NCBI GenBank assembly: GCA_937903605.1 | Contig: CALCZC010000007.1 | Coordinates: 189,805-253,804 of the forward strand | Reading direction: 5' to 3' | From: an uncultured bacterium | GTDB lineage: Bacteria > Patescibacteriota > Patescibacteriia > Magasanikbacterales > GWA2-37-8 | Length of the DNA stretch: 64,000 nt | Shown here: in pieces, positions 48,258 to 56,735 of the stretch | Position numbering within the stretch: the first letter of the stretch is position 1 | How the letters are laid out: each line of letters opens with the position of its first letter | Notes under the pieces: generated by a model | Databases searched by the model: none | What the model saw: the letters and a program-made list of their open reading frames with translations, nothing else | Told to the model about the DNA's origin: nothing | Translations under genes and position numbers: made by a program

Positions 48258-48318
48258 CCCCGTGAAATCCTATCGTAGATAGGATCGTCCGCCACAGCGG
48301 AAGATATTTCACAGGGGT
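48258..48318. repeat. Inverted-repeat-bounded element, copy C
   Basis: ccccgtgaaat ... atttcacaggggtgaat. Confidence 0.55.
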
Positions 48319-48330
48319 GAATTTTTAAAT

Positions 48331-48545
48331 AAAAAAACACGCGGTTGCGTGTTAAGAGCCCTGGTTAAGGGCGGTACCATCTTAACTTTATACTTAATTT
48401 AGTGGTTTTTACGGGCCCGACCGGGAGAGTCTATTTTTTGCTAAAATAAGCAAATTTCTTTCTCCAACGCTCTCTAAAAAAGATCCTTGTTGATAGCAAG
48501 TCTTAGCGTTTTTAACTTGTTCTAATAATACCTATTTATAAAATA
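48331..48545 (-). promoter_or_regulatory. T-box-like riboswitch leader of ileS
   Basis: Minus strand: TTGACA-17 nt-TATTAT promoter, Stem-I-like region, conserved T-box core UGGUACCGC, then terminator acacgcaaccgcgtgttttttt. Confidence 0.55.
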
Positions 48546-48671
48546 TTTGTCAATTTATTTTAAATACTATCAACATCTCTAATAAATTGCCAAAACTCTA
48601 CAAACCTTATATAATAAGGATATTAAATTACAATCTTGTAATCTTTAAATCTTGCAATTTTGCAACCTCTT

Positions 48672-49109
48672 ATGTTCTACATCGCCGCCGACCATGCCGG
48701 TCATAAACTCAAAAAAGAATTGGAGCAAATTTTCAAAAACCAAGAAATGGAGTTTGAAGATTTGGGGGCCAAAAACTATGATGAACAGGACGATTTCACT
48801 GATTTTGTCATCCCTTTAGCCAAAAAAGTGTTGGAAACAGGTAATAAAGGAGTCTTGATTTGTGGCAGTGGACACGGTATGTGTATAGCCGCCAACAAAG
48901 TCGCTGGCATCAGAGCGATTGTCGGTTATAGTATTTCTGGAAGCGAACTCGGGCGTAAACACAACGACGCCAATGTTTTATGTTTGGCAGGCAGACTTTT
49001 GACCAAAGATCACGCCGCTGCTATTATCAAAACTTTTTTAAATACTGAATTTTCCGGCGAGGAAAGATTTATTCGAAGAAATAAAAAAATATCCGATCTA
49101 GAAAAATAA
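48672..49109 (+). CDS. rpiB: Ribose-5-phosphate isomerase B
   Basis: MFYIAADHAGHKLK..., GVLICGSGHGMCIAANKVAGIRA; ATG at 48672 preferred over the TTG at 48660. Confidence 0.8.
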   Translation: MFYIAADHAGHKLKKELEQIFKNQEMEFEDLGAKNYDEQDDFTDFVIPLAKKVLETGNKGVLICGSGHGMCIAANKVAGIRAIVGYSISGSELGRKHNDANVLCLAGRLLTKDHAAAIIKTFLNTEFSGEERFIRRNKKISDLEK

Positions 49110-49110
49110 T

Positions 49111-49749
49111 ATGCAAATTGTTCCTGCTATCTTGTTAAATAATTTTTCCGATTTTAAATCGCAAATAAAAAAAGTTAAAAATATTTTTCCACTTGTCCAA
49201 ATAGATATTTGTGATGGACGATTTGTCAAAAATAAAACTTTCAAAGAACGTTTACAAATCAACAAATTATCTCTCCCCTGTTTGTTAGAACTTCACTTGA
49301 TGGTAAAAGATCCGGAAAAAGAACTGAAAAAATGGGAAAAAGTAAAAAATATTTTTCGTGTTTATATTCACGCCGAAACTTTGAAAAATAATTTTGATAA
49401 AATAGATAATGTTGTTCGTAAAAACGGCTGGCAATTGGGTTTAGTTTTAAACCCAGAAACAAAAATAGATAAGATTACCAAGTATTTGAATAAAATTGAA
49501 GCTGTACTTTTTATGACTGTCCAGCCAGGCATTCAAGGACAAAAGTTGATAAAACCAGTTTTGAAAAAAATAAAGTCTTTTACCGCAAAAAATAAAAATA
49601 TTTTGATTGCGGCTGACGGAGGAATAAATCTGGAGAATATAAAAGAAGTTAAAAAAGCAGGTGTGGTAGAATTTTGTATTGGAGGAAAACTAGTAATGGC
49701 GGAAGATATAAAAAAAATAAAAAAAGAATTTGAAAAAAGAATAAAATAA
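49111..49749 (+). CDS. rpe: Ribulose-phosphate 3-epimerase-like protein
   Basis: IVPAIL..FSDF...VQIDICDGRFV and MTVQPGIQGQKLI match Rpe motifs; the first metal-binding His is replaced by Gln. Confidence 0.6.
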   Translation: MQIVPAILLNNFSDFKSQIKKVKNIFPLVQIDICDGRFVKNKTFKERLQINKLSLPCLLELHLMVKDPEKELKKWEKVKNIFRVYIHAETLKNNFDKIDNVVRKNGWQLGLVLNPETKIDKITKYLNKIEAVLFMTVQPGIQGQKLIKPVLKKIKSFTAKNKNILIAADGGINLENIKEVKKAGVVEFCIGGKLVMAEDIKKIKKEFEKRIK

Positions 49750-49910
49750 AACTATTTCAAAACTAACTATCTTTCTGAGCGCAGCGAAGAATCACTTATA
49801 GTTAAACTTATTTTTCAAAGTATTGTTTAAGGGATCCTTCGTTTCACTCAGGATGACGCCTGCCTGAAAATTGATAATTGAAAATTAATTAAAAATTGTA
49901 AAATTAAAAA

Positions 49911-50879
49911 TTGAAAATTTTATTTATGCTCGATTTACTCATTATAGGCGGTTCCGCTGCCGGTTGCAGTGCAGCTATTTACGCAGCTCGTAGAAAACTT
50001 AACTTCAAACTTATTACTCACGATGTCGGTGGTGAAGTAGCTTATGCCGGAGAAGTCAGTAATTGGCTGGGTATTAAAAACATTTATGGTTATGAATTGG
50101 CGCAAAATTTTGCCGCCCATGTTCGTGCCAATGGTGTAGAAATAGAAGAAGGTTGGAAAGTTTTTGCTATCCAAAAAGAAGAAGTCGGTTTTAGTATAAA
50201 AGCTCGTAACAGCAAAGGAGAGGAACGATCTGAATCCGCCAAAACCGTGCTTATTGCCACCGGTATTCATCCCCGACATTTGGGTGCAAAAAATGAAGAA
50301 GAGCTCTTTCATAAGGGAGTTACTTATTGCACTGTTTGTGATGGTCCTCTTTTCAAAAATAAAACCGTGGCCGTACTTGGCGGAGGTAACGCAGCACTAG
50401 AGGCCGCTGTCATGATGAGTGGTATTGCTCAAAAAGTGCACTTGATGACTATCGAGCCCGATACTCCTGAAAAAAAATTCGGCTTTCCAACAGGCGATGA
50501 TGTTTTGATAGAAAAAGTAAAAAATTTGCCTAACGTGGAAATTATCCATTATGCAGATACTTTTGAATTTATCGGCGAAAATAGATTAGCTGGTTTGAAA
50601 TATCGCGATTTACGTGACAATACAAAAGAAGAAAAAGAATTAGCAATTGAAGGGGCGATGATCCACGTCGGTATGGTGCCAAATTCAGAATTTATAGACA
50701 TCGTAGAAAAAGACAGGGCTAAACAAATTATTGTTGATAGAAATTGTCATACCAATGTGCCAGGGATTTTTGCCGCTGGCGATGTTACCGACACTCCCTA
50801 TAAACAAATTATCGTAGCTGCAGGACAAGGAACGGTGGCAGCCTTAGCAGCTATAGAGTATCTTAATAAACAAAAGTAG
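49911..50879 (+). CDS. trxB: Thioredoxin-disulfide reductase
   Basis: FAD motif IIGGSAAGCSAA; redox CTVCDG; NAD(P) motif VLGGGNAALEAA. Confidence 0.75.
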   Translation: MKILFMLDLLIIGGSAAGCSAAIYAARRKLNFKLITHDVGGEVAYAGEVSNWLGIKNIYGYELAQNFAAHVRANGVEIEEGWKVFAIQKEEVGFSIKARNSKGEERSESAKTVLIATGIHPRHLGAKNEEELFHKGVTYCTVCDGPLFKNKTVAVLGGGNAALEAAVMMSGIAQKVHLMTIEPDTPEKKFGFPTGDDVLIEKVKNLPNVEIIHYADTFEFIGENRLAGLKYRDLRDNTKEEKELAIEGAMIHVGMVPNSEFIDIVEKDRAKQIIVDRNCHTNVPGIFAAGDVTDTPYKQIIVAAGQGTVAALAAIEYLNKQK

Positions 50880-50983
50880 ATAACGAAATACGAACTCCGC
50901 CAAAAGGCGGTACGAAATTACGAACCCAATTCGTTTCGTAATTACGTATTATTTCGTATTTCGTATCTATTAACTTTAATCAT

Positions 50984-51271
50984 ATGAATATCCCTCTCTT
51001 CGACATCATTCTCAACGTCATCGCCGGCCTCGGAGCCATCATGATTACCTACGCTGTATTTTTAGGACACGAGACAAAGCAAGATATCGTACTCGCAATT
51101 GGTTCTTTTTGTTTACTTGTTTACGCCCTTTGGATCAGTAATGTAATTTTTACACTCGCCATGGGCGGATTATTTCTTGCTAGCATGGTTGAGTTTGTGG
51201 AAATACTAGTGGGAATACATACACCGGTTGGAACTATCAAACAAAATTCAAACAACAAATTAAAATCGTAG
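50984..51271 (+). CDS. Small hypothetical membrane protein
   Basis: Three TM helices; 95 aa. Confidence 0.45.
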   Translation: MNIPLFDIILNVIAGLGAIMITYAVFLGHETKQDIVLAIGSFCLLVYALWISNVIFTLAMGGLFLASMVEFVEILVGIHTPVGTIKQNSNNKLKS

Positions 51272-51285
51272 TTCAACTTATTAAA

Positions 51286-51405
51286 ATCCCAATTTCCAAT
51301 TCCCAATGTCCAATGAATGACCAATGCTTAAATGATTAAATTTTGGACATTAGGATTTGGGATTTGATTGGTCATTGGTCATTGGGGTTTGGTCATTTTA
51401 AAAAT
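51286..51405. repeat. Inverted arrays of CCAAT/ATTGG words forming a roughly 120-bp imperfect palindrome
   Basis: cccaatttccaattcccaatgtccaatgaatgaccaatg ... cattggtcattggtcattggggtttggtca. Confidence 0.6.
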
Positions 51406-51446
51406 CTTGCAATCTTGTAATCTTTCAATCTTTAAATTTTTCTTTT

Positions 51447-52433
51447 ATGTTCAACTTAATCACCATCGGCGATGCGGTCGTTGATAATCACATAATCCTT
51501 GATGAAGCAGAAGTAGAATGCAGTGTTGATAAAAAAACCTGTCGTTTGTGTTTGGATTATGCGGCCAAAGTACCGGTTAGTGAGAGCTTTCAAAATATTG
51601 GCGGCAATGCTGTCAATGTAGCTATTGGCGCTAGCAAACTAGGGCTCTCTACCGCTGTCTTAACCGATCTAGGCAAAGATGCTAATGGTAAAACTGTAAT
51701 TTCCGAACTCAAAAAATATGGTGTAGATACAAAATTGACAAAGCTAAATCCTAAAAATGAAACTCGTTTTGCAATAGTTCTCAATTACAAAGGTGAGCGT
51801 ACTATTTTATCTTCACACAAGAAAAAAATATATTCTTGGCCGGAAAATCTCCCGGCAACTGATTGGATTTACTACACTTCTTTATCTGACGGTTTTGAAG
51901 TTTTACAAAAAAATCTTTTTACTCATCTCAAAAAACACCCAACCGTTCGTCTAGCTTATAATCCCGGATCATTTCAATTAAAAAATTCTTTGAATAGCGT
52001 TTTGGAAACTATCAAAAAAACCGATGTTCTGATAGTCAATCTTCAAGAAGCGGAAATTATTTTAAATACCACTTGGCAAAAAGAAAAAAGCATTGTTACC
52101 ATCATTCATAAATTACTCGCTCTAGGAGCAAAAGAAGTGGTGATTACCGATGCGGAAAAAGGAGCTTATACCGGCAATCAAGACGGTATTTGGAAAATAG
52201 AATCATTTCCGGTAAAAGTAGTGGCCAAAACCGGCGCTGGCGACGCATTTTCCTCCGGTTATTTATCCGCACGACAATATGATCATGATATTGCCGATGC
52301 TCTAGTCTGGGGCATTGCTAATAGTTGTAGTGTAATAAGTAGTTTCGGCTCACATGCAAAGTTGTTGGAAAAAGATAATATAAAAAATTATATAAAAAGA
52401 TACAGCGATATAACACCAAAGAAAATCTCTTAA
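51447..52433 (+). CDS. PfkB-family carbohydrate kinase (ribokinase-like)
   Basis: GGNAVNVAIGASKLG and GAGDAFSSGYL motifs. Confidence 0.75.
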   Translation: MFNLITIGDAVVDNHIILDEAEVECSVDKKTCRLCLDYAAKVPVSESFQNIGGNAVNVAIGASKLGLSTAVLTDLGKDANGKTVISELKKYGVDTKLTKLNPKNETRFAIVLNYKGERTILSSHKKKIYSWPENLPATDWIYYTSLSDGFEVLQKNLFTHLKKHPTVRLAYNPGSFQLKNSLNSVLETIKKTDVLIVNLQEAEIILNTTWQKEKSIVTIIHKLLALGAKEVVITDAEKGAYTGNQDGIWKIESFPVKVVAKTGAGDAFSSGYLSARQYDHDIADALVWGIANSCSVISSFGSHAKLLEKDNIKNYIKRYSDITPKKIS

Positions 52434-52514
52434 ATTTCTCTAAACAAAACATCCTGATTTATGTCAGGATGTTTTTAAATAAAAAAGGGAAGCAAAGCTT
52501 CCCATAAAAATGAT

Positions 52515-52690
52515 CTAGGTTAACCATCCACCTTGATCAGTAAGGAGCCTCCAGATTTGGGCCATGTTCGGCCGGGCCTGAGGCACAGGGCGCTAGGCGA
52601 AGTATATGTTGGGTTTTGGCCCACTAAAGGAACGGTTTCATGACTTCCTCCTTGCCCAATAACGGGCTGTGGTTGTTTATTATTAAAGAA
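52515..52690. ncRNA. Unassigned GC-rich structured island (candidate ncRNA)
   Basis: Roughly 175 nt of markedly higher GC between convergent genes, with many complementary segments (gggcc/ggccc, ggagcctcc); no convincing ORF. Confidence 0.3.
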
Positions 52691-52887
52691 CGATAAATTA
52701 TAACACATATTTTATATTTTGTCAAGGGGTTTGTACCATTTTTATAAAAATATTCATTTTTTATTATAAATAAGCCAATTTTATGTTATATTTTAGCTAA
52801 TTTATTGTCATTTTTTTTCTGACAAAAAGTACTTAATTATTAAAAAAACGCACAGTTGTGCGTTTTAAGAGACTCTTTTAAAAAATT

Positions 52888-53403
52888 TTATAGTTTCTGC
52901 AAGATCGCTTCACCCCAAGCCAATGCCGCACTCGGCCCAGTGGCAGTAATGAGATTATTGTCTACAACTACCGGTTCATCAACATATTCCGCTCCGGCTT
53001 TTTTAAAAATTTTACCCAATTCTCCATCTCCATCCCAACCAGTCGCTTTTTTACCTGCCAAAACTCCGGCAGCAGCCAAAATTCGCGGGGAAATACAGAT
53101 AGCTCCCCAGAGTTTATTACTCTTTGCAATCTCTCTAAAAATTTTATATGTTTTTTCATTATCCAAATATTCTACTGCTCCATGTCCACCAACCAAAAAT
53201 ATTCCATCGTAATCAGACGGTTTAATTTCTTCCAAACTTATATCGGATTGCGCAATTTCTTGAGTACGAGAAGCAATAACTTTTCCTTTTTTATCGCTTC
53301 CTGTTATCACTTCAACCCCCGCATTTTCCAAAATCTTTTTTGGTTCAAAATATTCCATTGGCTGGAAGCCCTCAGAAGCAATTATAAAAAGCAGTTTTTT
53401 CAT
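52888..53403 (-). CDS. DJ-1/PfpI family protein
   Basis: YDGIFLVGGHG and ICISPRILAAAGVL (nucleophile-elbow Cys) motifs. Confidence 0.75.
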   Translation of the reverse strand: MKKLLFIIASEGFQPMEYFEPKKILENAGVEVITGSDKKGKVIASRTQEIAQSDISLEEIKPSDYDGIFLVGGHGAVEYLDNEKTYKIFREIAKSNKLWGAICISPRILAAAGVLAGKKATGWDGDGELGKIFKKAGAEYVDEPVVVDNNLITATGPSAALAWGEAILQKL

Positions 53404-53412
53404 AATTTTAAT

Positions 53413-53946
53413 TTAAACATCTAAAGATTTTCTGCTTAATTTTATTAAAAAATAAATAAAACTAATCACAAAGAAAATGGAAAAACATATACCTAAAACT
53501 GAAATTATATAAAATTCCCACTCTACTAGCGACCGATAATATTCGCCTTGTGAAAAAATATCTGAAAACTTAATATATTCATTAAATTTTGTTAAAAATA
53601 TTAATAATACAAAAAAAATAATAGAACTTATTATACCAACAAACGCAGTTTTTTTATATTTTAAACACAAGTTTCTTATTTTTTCTTTATCTTTATTATT
53701 ATTTGCTAAAAAATATATTAAAAAAGAAAAAAGGAATATAAAAATTAAAGAAATCATAATAGCAGATGAAGCTATTTTATAAATTTCTTCAATAGGCAAC
53801 AAAGTTGGTCCTCTCATCGTACAATCCAAAGGATTTGGACACAAATCTTCCATGGTATATTTTTGCGAATAAACATTTTGACCTGCTAATAAAAATACCA
53901 AAAATAAAAAAGTTAAAATTACTATTTTTTTCATATTATTCATCAT
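53413..53946 (-). CDS. Hypothetical membrane protein
   Basis: Signal peptide plus four TM helices. Confidence 0.5.
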   Translation of the reverse strand: MMNNMKKIVILTFLFLVFLLAGQNVYSQKYTMEDLCPNPLDCTMRGPTLLPIEEIYKIASSAIMISLIFIFLFSFLIYFLANNNKDKEKIRNLCLKYKKTAFVGIISSIIFFVLLIFLTKFNEYIKFSDIFSQGEYYRSLVEWEFYIISVLGICFSIFFVISFIYFLIKLSRKSLDV

Positions 53947-54661
53947 AAAAATTAATTTGTCTTGTTTCTTCTATCCCCCTCATCCTGTTCAAATCCATTT
54001 TTCTCCCCGTAAAAAAGTCTATTGATTGGGATATGGAATGAAAACTCAATTCCGGGCCAAGTAAACATAAGCCGTATTCAAACATTCTTATTTTTTCTCT
54101 GATTTCATCCGCCAAAATAGGGTGATCCTGTTCATTGAGGGCTATTTCTCGCAAACCTTTCAATTTATCTTCGATCTGTTCCAATAATTTATTATATTCA
54201 TCCACTTTTTCCAAAAATCTTTTTTTCTCTGTGCTGGCAATTTGTTGATTGACGTATTTTTTTAAATCTTCTTGCATTTTGAGTAGTGCTTTATACAATT
54301 CCACTCTTTCTTCACTTTCAAAATAAGCGGCCGGACGACCGGAATGCAAATCACGCAAACTCAAACCATAATCTTTGTAATGAAGATACTTTTCTTTTAA
54401 ATCTGGAGATAAGTATGGTTGTAAAAACTCATCACCGTAAGCATTTTCCGCAATCGTCAAAAAATCCTTATAGGCCTGATTCCACGGCCAAAGAATATAT
54501 CCGAAGGTTATCATCGTATCCTCTATTTGGTGTGGGGTTAACGATTGATTGGTTTCCAATTGCCACATCGCCTCTTTTATTTTTTCCTTTTCTTCTTTAG
54601 GAAAAAGAGGAGGGATGTTGCTATAAAAGTATCTGAATAGTTGAATTGTATAATTAGACAT
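53936..54661 (-). CDS. Hypothetical protein
   Basis: 241-aa ORF; predicted helical; no recognised motif. Confidence 0.5.
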   Translation of the reverse strand: MSNYTIQLFRYFYSNIPPLFPKEEKEKIKEAMWQLETNQSLTPHQIEDTMITFGYILWPWNQAYKDFLTIAENAYGDEFLQPYLSPDLKEKYLHYKDYGLSLRDLHSGRPAAYFESEERVELYKALLKMQEDLKKYVNQQIASTEKKRFLEKVDEYNKLLEQIEDKLKGLREIALNEQDHPILADEIREKIRMFEYGLCLLGPELSFHSISQSIDFFTGRKMDLNRMRGIEETRQINFYDE

Positions 54662-54705
54662 GTGAAAAATTTTTAATTTTTAATTTTACAATTTTTAATT
54701 AATTT

Positions 54706-55209
54706 TCAATTTACAATTTTGCAATCTTTAAATCTTGTAATCTTGTAATTTTCGGCGATGTAATACATCGCCACTCCCGCTGCCACCGACACATTCAAAC
54801 TGTTCTTCTTCCCATGCATGGGAATTTCTACCGCTTTGTCGCAGTATTTCAATTGGTCTTTGGTAACACCGGTTTTTTCGTTTCCAAAGACCAATACACA
54901 AGGGAATTTTGGTTTCCAAGAAAACATATCCACACTGGTTTTTGTTTGTTCCAGCGCTACTATATTATACCCTTTTTCTTTCAATTGTTTAAGTAATTTT
55001 CCAGTTTGTTTGCAATATTCCCATTTTACGAAATTTTCCGCCCCGAGAGACACTTTGAGAAGACTAGGATGAGGTGGATATGGAGAATAGCCGGTAATAT
55101 AAACTTTATCAACTCCTGCACCATCAGCCGTGCGTAAAATCGCGCCGACATTATGTGCGCTTCTAATATTTGGCACTACTACTACAAATTTTTCTTTAGA
55201 CTCTTGCAT
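54706..55209 (-). CDS. SpoU/TrmH-class RNA 2'-O-methyltransferase (TrmL-like size)
   Basis: VVVPNIRSAHNVGAILRTADGAG, VFGNEKTGV, LNVSVAAGVAMY SPOUT motifs. Confidence 0.7.
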   Translation of the reverse strand: MQESKEKFVVVVPNIRSAHNVGAILRTADGAGVDKVYITGYSPYPPHPSLLKVSLGAENFVKWEYCKQTGKLLKQLKEKGYNIVALEQTKTSVDMFSWKPKFPCVLVFGNEKTGVTKDQLKYCDKAVEIPMHGKKNSLNVSVAAGVAMYYIAENYKITRFKDCKIVN

Positions 55210-55337
55210 TTTAGAAATTAAAAAGGTAATATATAATATATTGTTTAGTATATATTTTATTTATAAAATATACAAATTTTTAATAAAGTATATGGCTATA
55301 TTTAACCTAATATTTATAATTAATAACAAATAAATTT

Positions 55338-55853
55338 ATGAATGAATCAAATTTACATGAACATTTGTGTGCGGTGGAACCGTCAAAAGAAACTAAAGAT
55401 GTATTAGCTGTTAATTTAAGTAAAACAAAAAAAGAAAGCTTTAATAAATTTCTTAACCAAACACCTAAAGGACTAAAAGGAAGTGGCATCGAAAATAGAC
55501 TACTAGTACTTGGCTTACAAATTGAATTAGCCAAAAATTTATTAGATGAGGAAGAGATGCTAAAATTTAATGAAATAATTAATAAAATTCACAATATACA
55601 AGAAATGAATAAAAGTGAAATAACCACAGCCACTCTTTCACACTTTTGCAACAGCAAAAGGCAAGAAATTTTAATTCCTGATTTTGATAAACATCCTAAT
55701 GTATCAATGAAATTACAAGGTAAATTTATAGACAAACTTCGAAGTTTAGGATTTGATATATCAAAAGGAAGTGAAGGTCATACTGATCCAAAAAAATATT
55801 ATCTAAAATTAAGTTTTCTCGAAGAATATGATGACGCATATTTTAAAGAATAA
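55338..55853 (+). CDS. Hypothetical protein
   Basis: 171-aa ORF with a terminator downstream. Confidence 0.5.
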   Translation: MNESNLHEHLCAVEPSKETKDVLAVNLSKTKKESFNKFLNQTPKGLKGSGIENRLLVLGLQIELAKNLLDEEEMLKFNEIINKIHNIQEMNKSEITTATLSHFCNSKRQEILIPDFDKHPNVSMKLQGKFIDKLRSLGFDISKGSEGHTDPKKYYLKLSFLEEYDDAYFKE

Positions 55854-56027
55854 TAAAAATTGATATTGTATTAAACAAGCCTACAACTATTTGTCAAAAA
55901 TTAAAAAATCCTCAAAATTTGAGGGTTTTTTAATTTGGCTCTCTTTGTTGCTTTTTTTCATAAAATATACTAAAATTCAGATATGCTTAATAAGATTTTA
56001 GTAGTTTTTTGTTAAATAAGCAAAAAT

Positions 56028-56726
56028 ATGAAACCAAATTTAAAGCTGGTTATAAATATTAAAAAAGAAATTGGTAGTGCCCAAGGATTTATAAAATACA
56101 GTGATTACGTAGATCGCTTTTTACCATTAAACTTTCAGTATATCCTCAACAAAAAATTTACCCCTGTTGAACGAAATAAAATGGTAGCAGAATATACAAA
56201 ACACATCCATAATTTATATAAAAAAGAAATCCGGGAAGGCGTGGCAGAAACCAAAAAACGCTGGGCAAAAATCGAAAACAAATTTTACCGCCTGATAGAT
56301 AAAATCTTTCAGGGACACCCCTGGCCAAAAGGAAAATATACCGGATATGCTTCTATTTACCACATGTATCCCCGATATATAAAAGAAAAAACTTTTTTCT
56401 TTCCTTATAAACAAAACAAGCTAGATCCGCGATTAACCATAGCCCACGAAATGCTACATTTTATTTTCTTTGACTATATAAAAAACAAATACGGTATCGA
56501 GGAGCGTGACAAAATCAAAAGCAAAGAGCCGAAATATGTTTGGAAAATTTCGGAAACCTTCAATGTCGTGATTGAAAACTGGCAACCTTATATGAAACTT
56601 TTTGGTAGAAAAGAAAAAAGAACACCCTACCACCAAGGATATAAAAAAATGTTTAGCAAGATGACCAAACAATGGACTAAGGAACAAAATATCAATAAAT
56701 TACTTAATAACTATTTTAAAATATAA
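56028..56726 (+). CDS. Hypothetical protein with HEMLH motif
   Basis: TIAHEMLHFIF (HExxH). Confidence 0.45.
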   Translation: MKPNLKLVINIKKEIGSAQGFIKYSDYVDRFLPLNFQYILNKKFTPVERNKMVAEYTKHIHNLYKKEIREGVAETKKRWAKIENKFYRLIDKIFQGHPWPKGKYTGYASIYHMYPRYIKEKTFFFPYKQNKLDPRLTIAHEMLHFIFFDYIKNKYGIEERDKIKSKEPKYVWKISETFNVVIENWQPYMKLFGRKEKRTPYHQGYKKMFSKMTKQWTKEQNINKLLNNYFKI

Positions 56727-56735
56727 TCAAAAAAT

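Noticed and set aside
52515-52690. SRP RNA, tmRNA or RNase P RNA
   Set aside because: I could not find the SRP GGAA/AGCAGC helix-8 motif, a tRNA-like acceptor/TψC end, or the RNase P P4 consensus on either strand. The region is kept only as an unassigned candidate.
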